Origin: Camelus dromedarius
Taxonomy: Eukaryota
DNA length: 64,000 bases
Assembly: GCF_036321535.1 (NCBI RefSeq)
Contig: NC_087455.1
Span: forward strand, 5,642,001 to 5,706,000
Direction: 5' to 3'
The notes under the pieces are model-generated. The model made no database searches, was not told the origin of the DNA, and was given only the letters and a program-made list of their open reading frames with translations. A program made the position numbers and the translations under genes. Shown here one piece after another: positions 12,641-24,800 of this stretch; positions within the stretch are counted from its first letter, which is position 1, and every line of letters begins with the position of its first letter.

Positions 12641-13409
12641 GCTGGTGGCATGAGGTGACCACTGTGTATAAAGGAGCTCCCTTCTCTCCCGTGTGTCTGG
12701 AACAGTCCTCGTTTTGTTATCATCCCTGCGGCAGCTAAGAAACAATCATGCGCATCATGTCTATGGTCTGTGATTCAGGTGAGGACCCCCAGCTGAGAAA
12801 GGCTGCCCCAAGGAAAAATCAGCCAGAACGGCTAAGAGGGTCTATACCCAACACATCTGCTGGTCTGTTACCTGCAACCTCCACCAGAAATGGAGTCTCC
12901 CTGGGAACAGGGGCTTCGCCTACCTTCTTTACAACTGTGTCCCCAGTGCCTGGCACAAGAAAGCATTCAATGAATGCTTCCTGGACGGTGACTGACTGGC
13001 AGTGAGGGACTCATAGCAGTTCATCCATGCTTCCACACGCTCTTGCTTGAGAAGAAAGCCCTGGCTGCAAGACGACTGGCCAGGAGAGAGCGACCAAGCG
13101 CTTCCAGCCCCATACGAGGGGAAAAGGGCTCCTGGCCCTCCAAGACGCACCCCTAATTCACAGTGCAGCATGAAGGAAAGGGGAACATCAACTCTCAGAG
13201 TTCTATAACGTCAGTATTAAGATTACTCCTGGCTCAGCTTTTAGACTCACCAAGAAACCTTCAGATTATCACCTGGTCTAACAGCAGAGGGACCAGATGT
13301 GCTGAAGGTTTGTTCAGCTTGAAGAAATCTTTTTGAAGGAAGATGTGTTGTTCTGTTATAAACAGGAGTATCTGGTCTGTCTAGGACAATGTTCTTATAC
13401 AAGTTGATC

Positions 13410-14070
13410 ACATTTTTAAACTTTTTATTCAAGCATAAAATAAGTCACAGAAAGGTACGACTCCCAAGTGCACAGCTCAGTGACTTCTCACCAAGTAAGC
13501 GCAGCTACGTAACCAGCACCCGGGTCACAACGGGGAACATCAGCTCCTCCCACCCCAGGCGCTCCCCTTGTGCCCATCCTCGGGTACCTTCTCCCCAGAA
13601 AGAACTGCTGTCCTGACTTTCAGCACCACCAGTGAGGATTACTTGCTTTGGAGCTTCATAAAAATGGCAACACGGCAGCCACCACTCTGTGGCAGCCTTA
13701 AGTCGGCGTCACGCTTGTGAGATCTGTCCGTGGTGCTGCCTGGCTCCTTCTCACTGCTTGGAAACCTGGTCTGCAGGACTGTACTACCACTGGTTTATCC
13801 ACCCCAGTTATGGGTATTTTGCTTCTTTCTAGCTTTGCCTACATGCCACTTACACAAGTCTTGTGGTGCATCTGAGTCTGAGTCTCTGCTGAGAGTGGCT
13901 CCTGGAGGAGAACTGCTGATCGTGGGAGGCATGTTTTCAGCTTTAACAGGTGGTGCTAAAGTAGTTGTATTGATTTACATCCCCTCAGCAGTGGATCAGA
14001 ATTCCTTCTGCACCCCATTCCAGCTAACCCTTGAAGTTATCTTTTTAACTTTAATCTTCCTGGGGGATCT
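13410..14070 (-). mobile_element. L1ME-type LINE-1 3' end
   Basis: aaactttttattcaagcataaaat...aagtgcacagctcagtgacttctcac...gtaaccagcacc is the reverse complement of an L1ME 3' UTR. Confidence 0.8.
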
Positions 14071-14194
14071 GAACAGTATTGGAAACTCTGCTTTTCATAT
14101 ATTAATGTTTGAGGCACAGTTAGCAAGAGTTGGCCCTGAAAGATGGAGCAACATTTTAAACTGAAGAATTAGATTTTTGAACCAACAATAAAAA

Positions 14195-14435
14195 TACTTA
14201 TATATTACTTTTTATGTACCAGGCACTCTTCTAAATACTTTCCATATGTTAATTTATCTAATCTTCATTAACTACCCCACGTGATAAGCACTAGTATTTC
14301 CATTTACAGATTAGGAACTGAGACACAGAGCAGTTAAACAACTTACCTAAGGTCACAGAGGAACTAAAGACACAGCAAGGATTTGAAACTAGTCAGCCTG
14401 GCTCCCAATTTTGCTTTTAACCACTGTAATGTGCT
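14195..14435 (-). mobile_element. MIR SINE
   Basis: tatgtaccaggcactcttctaaatac...catttacagattaggaactgagacacagagcagttaaacaacttacctaaggtcacag...ggatttgaaact. Confidence 0.8.
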
Positions 14436-15761
14436 GCCTGGTCCTATAAAACTGAGGCCCAGATCCCGTACCACAATGAAGGCCCCAGGGCAAGGCCACG
14501 CCATGAGGACAACTCCAGATGGCCAGCTGTCCTTCCCTTTGCATCACCCAACCTGATAATGTGGTTTCACTCTAAACCGCTTCAGCCCTAAAGTACCTTC
14601 CAAGATTCCGTGCACTGTTTTGTACCCCATACTCTACCACACTCTAATCTACCTATGACAGACTGAATAGATTAAATATAAAGGTACAAATAAAAAGATG
14701 ATGCGACTCCATCATTACCACACCACCGCCAAAGCTCTTCTGCTGCCCCCACACCACCAGCATCTTCACGGGAAGCCTTCCGGCTCTTCCTGCCTGAGTG
14801 CTGCTAGCCCCCTTTCCTGTTTGCTTTAAATGCTCCTTCCTCCAGAAAGTCTTTCCACAGCCCATCAAGCACTTAGTCTTCCTTGTTTGGGCCTCCTCAA
14901 ACACTGTGTATGTAAGTCAGTTACAAGTGTTCTTATCTGGAATAGTACTGTGCTTTGTTTCTGAATCAAGACATCAAACATCGATTACTTACTAAATTCT
15001 GGGCTCTGTGGATAAAAAGTCTGGCCCCTATCATCAGCTTAAAATGCAATGAGAAAGAGTAAGACCAATAAAGGAGTGGTCACATCTCTCTAAGTAGGAT
15101 GCATACATATCAAATAATAAAGAAAGACCATCTGAAATATACAGAGGATCATGGAAGGCTTCAAAGTGAAGGTGACAACTGTTCCTTCTCAGACTCTGAT
15201 CTACCTGCAGGCAAGGACTCAGTTCTATGCATGGGGCTTAAAGGCTCAAGGAAAACAATAAAACTAAGTTGGCAGGTTCTTGTAGGAAATCCATTGTAAC
15301 AGAGGACTAATCTACTGGTTCTCGAGTCCCCTCCCTGCCTCGGCTCTAATTCACCTGGGGGACATGACACATCCATCACATTAGCTCAGATACAATCGCT
15401 CAACTTACTCAGACGGGCAAGCCTAATTATGACGGCAGAAGTGGCTTTCCGTGCCTTAGAGACATCGTCATTTCAGAGTCCTCTACTCCCTTGATAAAGC
15501 ACTTTTGCTGGTTGTTTTTGTTTAAAGTAAGGAGAGGAAAAAAACCCCAAAACAAAACCTCTTCATGTTCATAAGTTTAAAAGCTGAAGTTATTTCCTAA
15601 AGTTTTACATTCCTAAAATAGGTCAACTTTTCAAGCAATTTAGGAAAGAGATAGACTTGTGAAGCTCCTGATAGACGTTTCAAGTCAATTGCAAACCGCT
15701 CGTATTCTTGCTTCTGGTAAAATGGATGTAAGAAATTATAGACCCTTCATCTTTTTATCTA

Positions 15762-15901
15762 NNNNNNNNNNNNNNNNNNNNNNNNNNNNNNNNNNNNNNN
15801 NNNNNNNNNNNNNNNNNNNNNNNNNNNNNNNNNNNNNNNNNNNNNNNNNNNNNNNNNNNNNNNNNNNNNNNNNNNNNNNNNNNNNNNNNNNNNNNNNNNN
15901 N
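15762..15901. other. Assembly gap (140 N)
   Basis: Run of N. Confidence 0.99.
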
Positions 15902-16584
15902 AACTGTCACAAAATTATGCCAGTAGTCACTGCAATGGGAAAATTTGCCATCAGTACAACTTTCATCTGTAATAAAACTCTCCCAGACTCGTCATATAAT
16001 TAAAATTTCAGGTGAGTTCTCAAAAGGAGGAGGAGTATGACTTCACTGAAATTTTAAGCAAAATCTACACTAAAGAATTACATGTACATTTAAAAAATAT
16101 ATTTGGGTTTCCCCCAAAGTCTTTCACTGATGATCCTAGTTGACAAAATTTCAGAAGAGTTTATTCTTAGGGCAAAGGGAGACAAGGTGGCCCCTGAGGT
16201 GCCGTTTTACAGATGAGGACACTGCTTGTGGTGGTGGCTGCGTGCTTCCTGCTTCTACAGCTCTAAGGAGCCCTGATGCCAGAGAATAGGCGCGAAAGGC
16301 ACGTCTGTGTGGGCAGCACAGGCTTCCAGGCCTGTTTCCGTTCTGAACCATCTCGGACTCTTTGAACTTGGATTAAGTTAACCAACGGCAAGAAGCCCAG
16401 GTTTTCCAGCAGCTGAAAACCTGGTCAAACCACCAACTTCTCAATCCCGACCCTGTGCTCCAAGTTTCAAAAAGCAAACTTTATGTCTGAAGTAATTGAA
16501 TGAGTTATCCCATTCATTTGTCAGCTTCTCTGTCCGTAGATACAGAGTTTTAACGCAGATAAAACCAACTGGTCCAGGCAGCAC

Positions 16585-16860
16585 TGGGTCTTGGGGAGGA
16601 GTGTGGACTCTGGAGCCAGACGGCTGGGCTCTAAGCTCCAGCTCTGCTCTGATCAGCTGTGTGGCTGTTAGAAAGCACTCACCTCATGGTGGTGTTTTAA
16701 GGGTATGACAGATCCGTGTGCAGAGCTGAGAAGAGCGCCTGTGAGGAAGTGAGCGCACATGGGTTTGATGACTTACTGCAAGTGTGACTTGGGAAAAAAT
16801 AGTTATCCTCTCTAAACTGTCTGGAGATCATCATACTTACTTCATGGGGCTGAAGAGACG
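16585..16860 (+). mobile_element. Two MIR fragments
   Basis: gtgtggactctggagccagacggctgggctctaagctccagctctgc and gacttactgcaagtgtgactttggg...tctctaaactgtc. Confidence 0.6.
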
Positions 16861-16865
16861 GCTGA

Positions 16866-16953
16866 CTAGGATGTGCGTAACTGAATCACTACGCTGCACA
16901 CCAGAAATTAACACAACGCTGTAAACGACTATACTTCAATTAAAAAAAAAAAC
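16866..16953 (+). mobile_element. Short 3'-terminal copy of a cetartiodactyl-type L1 with poly(A)
   Basis: gtgcgtaactgaatcactacgctgcacaccagaaattaacacaacgctgtaaacgactatacttcaattaaaaaaaaaaa. Confidence 0.8.
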
Positions 16954-18769
16954 AGGAAAATGCCCAACGCACTAATTTGTTCTATAAATACCCAATAAAT
17001 GGCAGCTGCCTTTTTCTTCCATCAACCTTAAAAAATTGAAGAGTATGTTGTTTTTCTGTGATTACTGCATCAGAAAAAATATTAAAAGACTGAAACAGTT
17101 AGAATACTATTCTCTAATTTTGTGGTTTCCAAATGAAAGCATCTGCTTCAGGTAGTGTCCTTCTAAACATACAGTAAGTTAAAGCGATAACTTCTGACTT
17201 TAAGACTGAAGTTGACGATTTTACAAAAAAGCATCTAGAAAGCTCCGGATCTTCTTTAGTCGGCAAGACATACCACAGAAGGGCATCACTTTGGAAGAAT
17301 GGTCCACGGCTAGGGACGCCGTGGTACACCACTGTGACTGTGTCCCCAGCTGGTTCCTGTACTCTTTCCTCAATTACTTTCTCATTTCTACTAGGTCATA
17401 ACATTACACAAGTTAGAACGTTGTGAATAAAAGCTTTATACTCCGGGTCAGGGAACCTGGGATCGAATCTCAGTTCATCCACTTTTCATCCTGCGGGTAA
17501 CTGGATGGGACGTCCGTCCTTGCACAGGGCAGGCTGGGTATTCCCTATAACTGTGGCTTAGTAACCTTCCTTCCTGCTGTCCAGGTGAGGACGCCACCTG
17601 TCAGCGCTGTGGGGACTGGGGCAGCAGGGCAGGACTGCGTGCTCCACTACACATCAAAATCCTGTGGGGCAGCCCTGATGGAGGATCTGGAGAGAAAGGC
17701 GTCTCGTGCTCCAGGTGGGTGTACCTGGCTCTGCTACTCCATCCTGCCCGCCAGCCCCAAGGAGCCTCCATCTCCTCCTGTAACGCGTGTGCCCACGGCA
17801 GAGCACAGGCTTCAGGGAAAGCCGTCCCCTGCCCCGCCACCCCTCACCTCGCTCAAGCAGGAACTACCACACCATGTGGGGTGGTCTGAGGACAATTCCG
17901 CCTTCTGTTCAGTAAACATCACACAGCTGGATAATCAGAGCACATCAAGTACCTGAGCGAGCTTCCGCATTGAGGGACTTGTGTGATTCCATCTAGAATG
18001 CCCAACTGCACTCGTGTTTAAAGGTGATTAACCCATTAGCTCAGATGCAAAAGCTTAGAACGATTACACAACATTAAGACATCCAGGGATATTAGTGAAT
18101 GGCAGATACCTCCTATGAAGAGACAGCTCGTGCAGTCATAATTAAATGAGTTAAAAATAATATGATTAAATTTCTAAGACAATTTTTTTTCTACATCTTG
18201 AAAGGTGAGTCTGCATTTGGAAAAAAAAAAACCCTCACTTTTAAAATTATTTTTTCAAAACTTGTTTTAGAATTCAAAAGATGCATAGCCAGTCACTTTA
18301 AGCTTGTTTCTCTCATTAGAATGATTGCTTTGTTTATTCTGTGACTTTCTTTTCAGTATCAAGATTTCTATTTGACGAAAACACAGTTTCGTATTAGAAG
18401 AACACCTTTAGGGTGATAGTGGAAACCAAGTAAGTTTCAGAAAACAACCAATCATAGAATTTAAAGCTGGAAAAGAGGTTAGAACAGCATCTGGTCTAAC
18501 CTGTTGATTTACTGGTAAAGTACTTTAACTAGCATGGTTACACACGTAAGAAAAGAATAGATGGTGATACTAACAAGAAGCGGGTTAGTAACAAAGTATT
18601 TTACATCTCAGAATAGCATCCTCTTTATTAAACTGCACTGTCTCTCTTATTTATTAGTTCACTAAATGTTTCTAAAATTAGCTTTAATCTTATTTCACTA
18701 CCTATGTTTAACAAAGCACATGACACATGGAATGACAGAATTAGCTGGCATTAATAAAAGCCATCCTTC

Positions 18770-19960
18770 ACACGTTTATTTAGTATCTCCAAAATGTCAG
18801 GCCCTGTGATAAGCTCTGGGGAAACTCAGATTTTTAAAAAATGTCATAGCTCCTGCCCTACAGAAATCCAGTCTTCGGGGGACAAGGGCAAGTAAGCAGA
18901 CACAGAGGCAGGTGCAAGGTGCAGTCAGGATGTGCCTGGTTGGGACCAGGTGGCTTCACAATGGAAGAACACATAGTACAAAGAATTGATAGGGGACAGA
19001 ACAAGAAAAAGCACTGCAAGAGAACCGAGAGTACATAAAAAGCAACACAGTGTTCAAGTTCAAGTCCTGGTAATCTGAAGGAACTGCAATGGGTACTGCT
19101 GGAGATACAAGGTTAATGTGGGGAGAGCAGGGGGCTTTGAGGCTGAACAGGAGGGCAGTCAAGAAAGCCTTCAGACAGCAATTGGAAGCATCTCAACTTT
19201 ATCTGCCTGAACTTCTGAACGTTCTTATATTCTGGGGCTGGTGAGACTAGCATTATCAGATTTCAGACCCTAGAAAGAACACTAGAAATAATACCAATGA
19301 CACATCATTTAAGGGAAGGACCCAGGGGTAGGGCAAGACCACAAGCGAAGGTGTGATTAAGGAGGCTATGGCAATCGTCCGTCTGTCTGTCCATCCATCT
19401 AAACAACCAGGGTTCACTGAGCACTCCTACATGCTAGGTGGTAGGAATAAAAGAGTAAACAGAGATTTAAAGTTAGAAGTCAGACTTGAGAACACCATAC
19501 ATACAAACAAGTAGTTGCAAATTGTGACAAGTGCAGGGACTGTGAGAGGACCCAGCAGAGCAGCAGCTGGACGCAGGGAGGTTGGCAAGAATGTTTCTTA
19601 AGGAGGACAAACGTCTCAACTAAAGCAGCTGAGATGCAGATGAGTTGGAGATCAAACAGTTACTTATGAAGAAGTGAGAAGACCTGTCTCCTGGGTGGAG
19701 ATGGGGGATAAGAAGAACACGTGAGCCCTGGGAGTCTGGGTTTACGGTGGTGCCATTCACCTAAACAGGGGCCCTGGGAGGAGGAAGGCCCCCGATGGCC
19801 CAGATCACAGCTTCCAGGAAGGGGATCACAGGAAGAGGGTGCCAGAAGAGCTCAAAGGAGAGACCAGAGCTAGAGATTTAGATCTGGAACTTACGAACAG
19901 GTCAATATTAGGTGACATGATGGAAACGGACAAGGTTTTTCAGAGACAATGGTAACACCA
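18770..19960 (-). mobile_element. Fragmented L2 LINE (several pieces)
   Basis: Reverse-complement L2 tails (acgtttatttagtatctccaaaatgtcaggccctgtg; ttcactgagcactcctacatgctagg) and purine-rich L2 body sequence. Confidence 0.6.
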
Positions 19961-19991
19961 CCATACTGAATGTTTGGGGAACACACACCTG

Positions 19992-20325
19992 CAGTCGTCC
20001 CTCGGGATCCACGGGGGGTTGGTNNNNNNNNNNNNNNNNNNNNNNNNNNNNNNNNNNNNNNNNNNNNNNNNNNNNNNNNNNNNNNNNNNNNNNNNNNNNN
20101 NNNNNNNNNNNNNNNNNNNNNNNNNNNNNNNNNNNNNNNNNNNNNNNNNNNNNNNNNGTGAATACTATTTAAATAGTTGTAAATATAATGTAAATGCTTG
20201 TAAATGGTTGCCTGCCTGGGGCAAATTCAAGTTTTGCAACTTCCTGGAATTTTCTTTCTAATACTTTCCACCTGTGTTTGGTTGAACCCAAAGGTGCCAA
20301 ACCTGCAGGTATGGAGGGCCAACTG
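19992..20325. mobile_element. Non-autonomous Tigger-family DNA transposon (MER2/Tigger3-like) interrupted by an N-gap
   Basis: Terminal inverted repeats cagtcgtccctcgggatcc ... ggtatggagggccaactg. Confidence 0.85.
20024..20157. other. Assembly gap (134 N)
   Basis: Run of N inside the MER2-like element. Confidence 0.99.
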
Positions 20326-23300
20326 TGTTCTGAACGTGTGTTTTCTTTGCATGTGGAGCCTAAAGCAATTTATCAAAAATGATTTCACTTTAGAAATTCG
20401 TATGTAAATTGGGCTCTGCCAGGAAGTATTAAACATGTCTTTCTGTATAATTACACCAACATTTTGAACTGTTAAAGTGCTCTCATTGAATGTATTCTGG
20501 GTTACACTAAGTATTTGTCAGTTATTTAATTATTTGGACATAAGTAATGAATCAATGTCATTTTGGGAAAGAGGGGCTTCTTGTTCTCAAAAAAGAGATG
20601 AGAAGTTACTGTAATTATGTCTAATTTTACTAAGTTAAAAGTGGAGCAGAAGGTCCCAATTTATACGCAAATGGCTGAAAACACATCCATTATCTGTTTT
20701 CTTCTTTTTTTTGGAAAAAGAACTGATCAGTTGAATCGCCTTGTATTCTTAGAGCTATTCTTAGAAGACACGTGCTCACTGAGAGCGATCTGGTCTCACC
20801 GACGATTAGCCGGTGCTATTCAGGTGCCTGCTGACTGTGTGCTGTATGTACTTTTGTAATAATGATGCGCTCACAGTCTAACAGACTTATTTGCTAACAG
20901 ATGTTCTTCTCAGTGACACATACTCAGGGAATATTCTGTGACAGTGACTCTGATGAAGAACAGTTGGCTCACTTGACATTATAAACGATCATATATCTTC
21001 AGTCCACCTTGGGAAAAATCAGTCAAGTTTCAATAGGTGCATTTTGACAAGGAAATACCTTTAAATTACCAGGTTTCTTACTTGGGCTAATAAAGAACAT
21101 TCTTACAATGGGCATACTATAACTATTTATTAAAAATAATTTTAACATATACCATTAATTGAGTTTCCCTTGGGTGTAGAACTGTATTCGAAAATCTTCA
21201 TCTAAGTACACAAAATCTGAAGAATACTGAGTATTTTAAGGGCTGAAATGCATAATACTTTCTCAAAAAAGTAGCAGTTGTGGCAAGATTTGAAAGAAAA
21301 GGTTTCATCCCCCTTTTTGTTTAAATAGGCAACTGATAACGATTTTTTGCATCTTTTATTCTGGACATAATGGCCTCAGATACTAAATGTTAAATGAAAG
21401 TTAAATAAACTGAATTGGTTAGATATAACCAACAAGTTTTATAGAAATAAAACACTTATTACCACAAATGTGTTTCAAGGAAATCTTTAAAAATTACATT
21501 TTTGAGTTCCAAAGGAATGACAAGCCTATTTTTTAGAGATGTAGGTGCTCTGAAGTTCTTAAATAATGAAAATGCTATTTTTATTTTTGCCAGTAAATGT
21601 AATAATAATGCTTTGTCAGTTACTATTTTTTAAAATCCCAAGCCCATCCCATTCGTCCTAATGGTTCTCAATTTCCATTTACCTACTTGAGTTTGCTTAA
21701 AACCAGAGGATTATTAAATTCAAGGGACCACAGACGTTACTTAACTCAATCCTTCGTCCTTCTACAGGCCTTCGATTGTGAATCCTGCACCTGCTCCTTC
21801 TTTACCTCCCTTGTGACTCTAGGAAAGACACAGCTTCCCCAACCTTAAATTCTCACTTGAACAAAAGGATCACAATAGCTCGCGGAGCGGCTGTGAGAAC
21901 ATGATATTAACACAAACGTCAGTGCCTCGTGCAGAGCAGCTTCGCGTTAAATGTTCTGTCCTTCTTGAAAGTTCATTCTTATCCTGAGATGAGATTTGTA
22001 ATATGTGATTCTGTTACTTTTAGGAGCTACACAGAATTAGTCTTTGTAACCTGCAACTGCCCTTTGAGCCCCAGAAGACAGGGATAAGGAGGGAAAGATC
22101 TTTTTCCAAATGCCAGCTCTCATATTCTTCCTACCGCACGGTTACAGTAATTGACTTGGAAAAGATCAAGGGCAGCCTTCATTAGGCAAACTTACCAGGT
22201 CTCTGTGCAGGGTTGTCTAGCCCAGTAAACGTTCACCAAGTGTTTACAATGTGCCAGAAACTACGCAAGTGGCTGGAGACTAATTAAGAGACAAAGTGCT
22301 TTTCCTGAGAAGTCTATAATCTTCTAGGAAACAGATGTGTACTAAGTAATGACTGCACTGCACAGCTATATGTAATAATTAAGTTACGCATAGACTGCTC
22401 CGTGACTAAAGACGAGAAAGCACACAGGAGGCAGCAATTCTCAGAAACTCAGTCTTGAGGATCTTCATTCATTCAGCAAACATTTATTAAAGACTTCCCA
22501 TGTGCCAACATTATACTAGCCGCTGGGAATATAAAGGTGACTGGGCAGAGGGGGTCCCGAGTCTCATGGAGTTTAGAATCTAACTTATGATTATTCCAGT
22601 TCAATGGAATAACTAATTTAGTATATTCTAGGAAGACCAACTTCAACTTTCCCAGTTCCGTGTGACCAGGACAAAGACTCAGATCTTTCCAGTGCCTGCA
22701 GATGACTCTGAATGTGGACCGGGGGATTCCTGCAACCTTCCAGAAATTGCGCAGTGTCACCTAGCAAGAGACCTTCATTAAAGGAAAACAGGAAAACCAA
22801 CCGGTTGTGGCATTTTAGGCCTGTCCCTGCTCCCCGTTCTTTGACAGCAGTTCATATACTCTTTCTTTAATACTTTCAACTACTAACAGAAAACATCTAT
22901 TCACTACTTGTTTTCTTCACTTATGTTACAACAGAAAGTCACAGAAAGAATCCCAGGGGTTTTGTACTGTTGTTAAAGAATCCACCCCCATCGCATTGCC
23001 CATTTTCATGGATATATTTTCTTTCTCTTAAGTAAGTCTATGAACCATATCAAAGAATTACTGAACGGTAAATGGAAAAGCTGATTTGCATTAATTAAAA
23101 AAACTGGGAACTGTTATTTTCTTCACAGAAGAGAACTTCCACTAAGAACCCATATTCAGCAGCATAGCTTAAGAGGAAACACTTAAGTGTAGAAACAGCT
23201 TGGTAAACCTAGGCAATTACTTTGTGATGGCTGCATCACTCAGAGGCAGCCAGGAGAGGAAGGCGGAAGCACTCTGCGTTAGAGTCCCGCGAGGGCCTGA

Positions 23301-23554
23301 CAACACGGCTCCTCGACCCCAGGCTTGAACCTGCCCACCGTCCAAAGTCACCTTCCACGTATCTTAGGTTTAGCCTATTTGACGAAAGAGGTTCTTTCTT
23401 CCTCATTTTTTTGTGCCCCCAGTACCAAGTCCTTATTTAGCACTCAATGAACGTTTGCTGAAAGCAGGTGGGGTACTTCAGAGCTACGGCGAGGTGAGGG
23501 GTGTTGGCCACAGCAGCTGCTGCTGTGTCTGGGTCACAAACCATCTGCACTTAC

Positions 23555-23750
23555 ATAGTCTCCATAGGTCTCCGGTGCTGGGGGCGGCGGCGGCGGTCTG
23601 TACCCTGTCGGGGGGGCTCCTCTTGCTCTGGGAGTAAGAAGTCCTCTTCCCCGACTCACTGGCCCTCGAGTGGAAAGGACGCCCCTGGACGCCGGTGTCC
23701 CTCGTGGTGCCCCAACTCCAGCTGGCCGGGCTGTGACTCCTCCCCTTCCC
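23555..23750 (-). CDS. KHDRBS3: KHDRBS3 exon 6 (196 nt, phase 2->0): [67 protein letters not shown]-rich and polyproline region
   Basis: Acceptor ctaacctgaccctcctgcttgcag with a CTAAC branch-like motif; donor TAT|GTAAGT. Phase is compatible with exons 5 and 7. Confidence 0.97.
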
Positions 23751-23869
23751 CTGCAAGCAGGAGGGTCAGGTTAGCAATATTCACGGCACCCTCTAACATT
23801 CCATTGTTCACATGCATTTACACCCCAGAAAAGTCACAGATCTGCAAAAAAAGGAAAGAAAATTAAAGA

Positions 23870-24480
23870 AAGAAAGGAGAGAAAACTATATGCAAAATAA
23901 AAACTAAAGCAAATGAGAAATAGGTATCTAATTTCCTCAAGTTAAAAGAGACACCTACAAAAACTTACAACTAATGTCACACAGAATGAGGAGAAGCTGA
24001 GTGCCTTCCCCTTAAGACTGGGGACAAGGCACAGATGTCCATTCTTACCACTCCTATTAAAATTGCACTGGAAGTCCTACCTAATTCAATAAAACAAGAA
24101 AAGGAAAGAAAACTTTTAAGATGATGGAGGAAGGAGCAAAACTGTTTGCAGGTCACATCATTTCTATGTAAAAATTCCCAAAGAATCAACAAGAACAAAA
24201 GAAAGCAAAGCAAGTGTAACAAACTCAGCCCTCAAACTAGTAAGCACGTAAAACAAGGTCATGGAATACAAAGTTCATAAGTCAACCACTGTCCCATATA
24301 CCTGCAATGAATAACTGAAATTTGAAAATTTGAAATCAGTCACTATAACAACCAAGATGCCCTTTGCTCAACAGATGAATGGATCAGTAAGCTAGGGTAT
24401 ATTCATATAATGGAATATTATTCAGCATATTACAAAAAACCTGACCAGTACTTCTCAAAACTGTCAAAAGCATCAAAAAG
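23870..24480 (+). mobile_element. L1M ORF2 (RT region) and 3' UTR fragments
   Basis: tgagtgccttccccttaagactggggacaaggcacagatgtccattcttaccactcctatt...ctggaagtcctac; acagatgaatggatc...atggaatattattcagc. Confidence 0.8.
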
Positions 24481-24589
24481 AGGCAAAATCTATGACTTTC
24501 ACCTTTGGGGAATTTGTTTTAGCCCTTTTTGGAGTATTATAAAGTAGAACTTCTTTTCTCATACTAGGCCATCGAAACCTGTCCAGTAA

Positions 24590-24800
24590 AGCTGGCAGTC
24601 AGGAGCATGGACACGGGGTCCAGACCTGAATGAACTCCTGACTGTGCTGACTTAACTGTCGCCTTCCAGTTAACGTTCAAGCTAATCAAGAGTCTGAACT
24701 TTCCAGTTTCCTCAACTGTGAAATGGGATTCAGAACCCATTTCTTAGCAGTATAGTGAAGAAAAAATGACAGAGAACATATAAACTCTTTAGCACATTTC
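24590..24800 (+). mobile_element. MIR SINE
   Basis: ggagcatggacacggggtccagacctgaatgaactcctgactgtgctgac...cagtttcctcaactgtgaaatggga...cttagcacatttcct. Confidence 0.7.
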
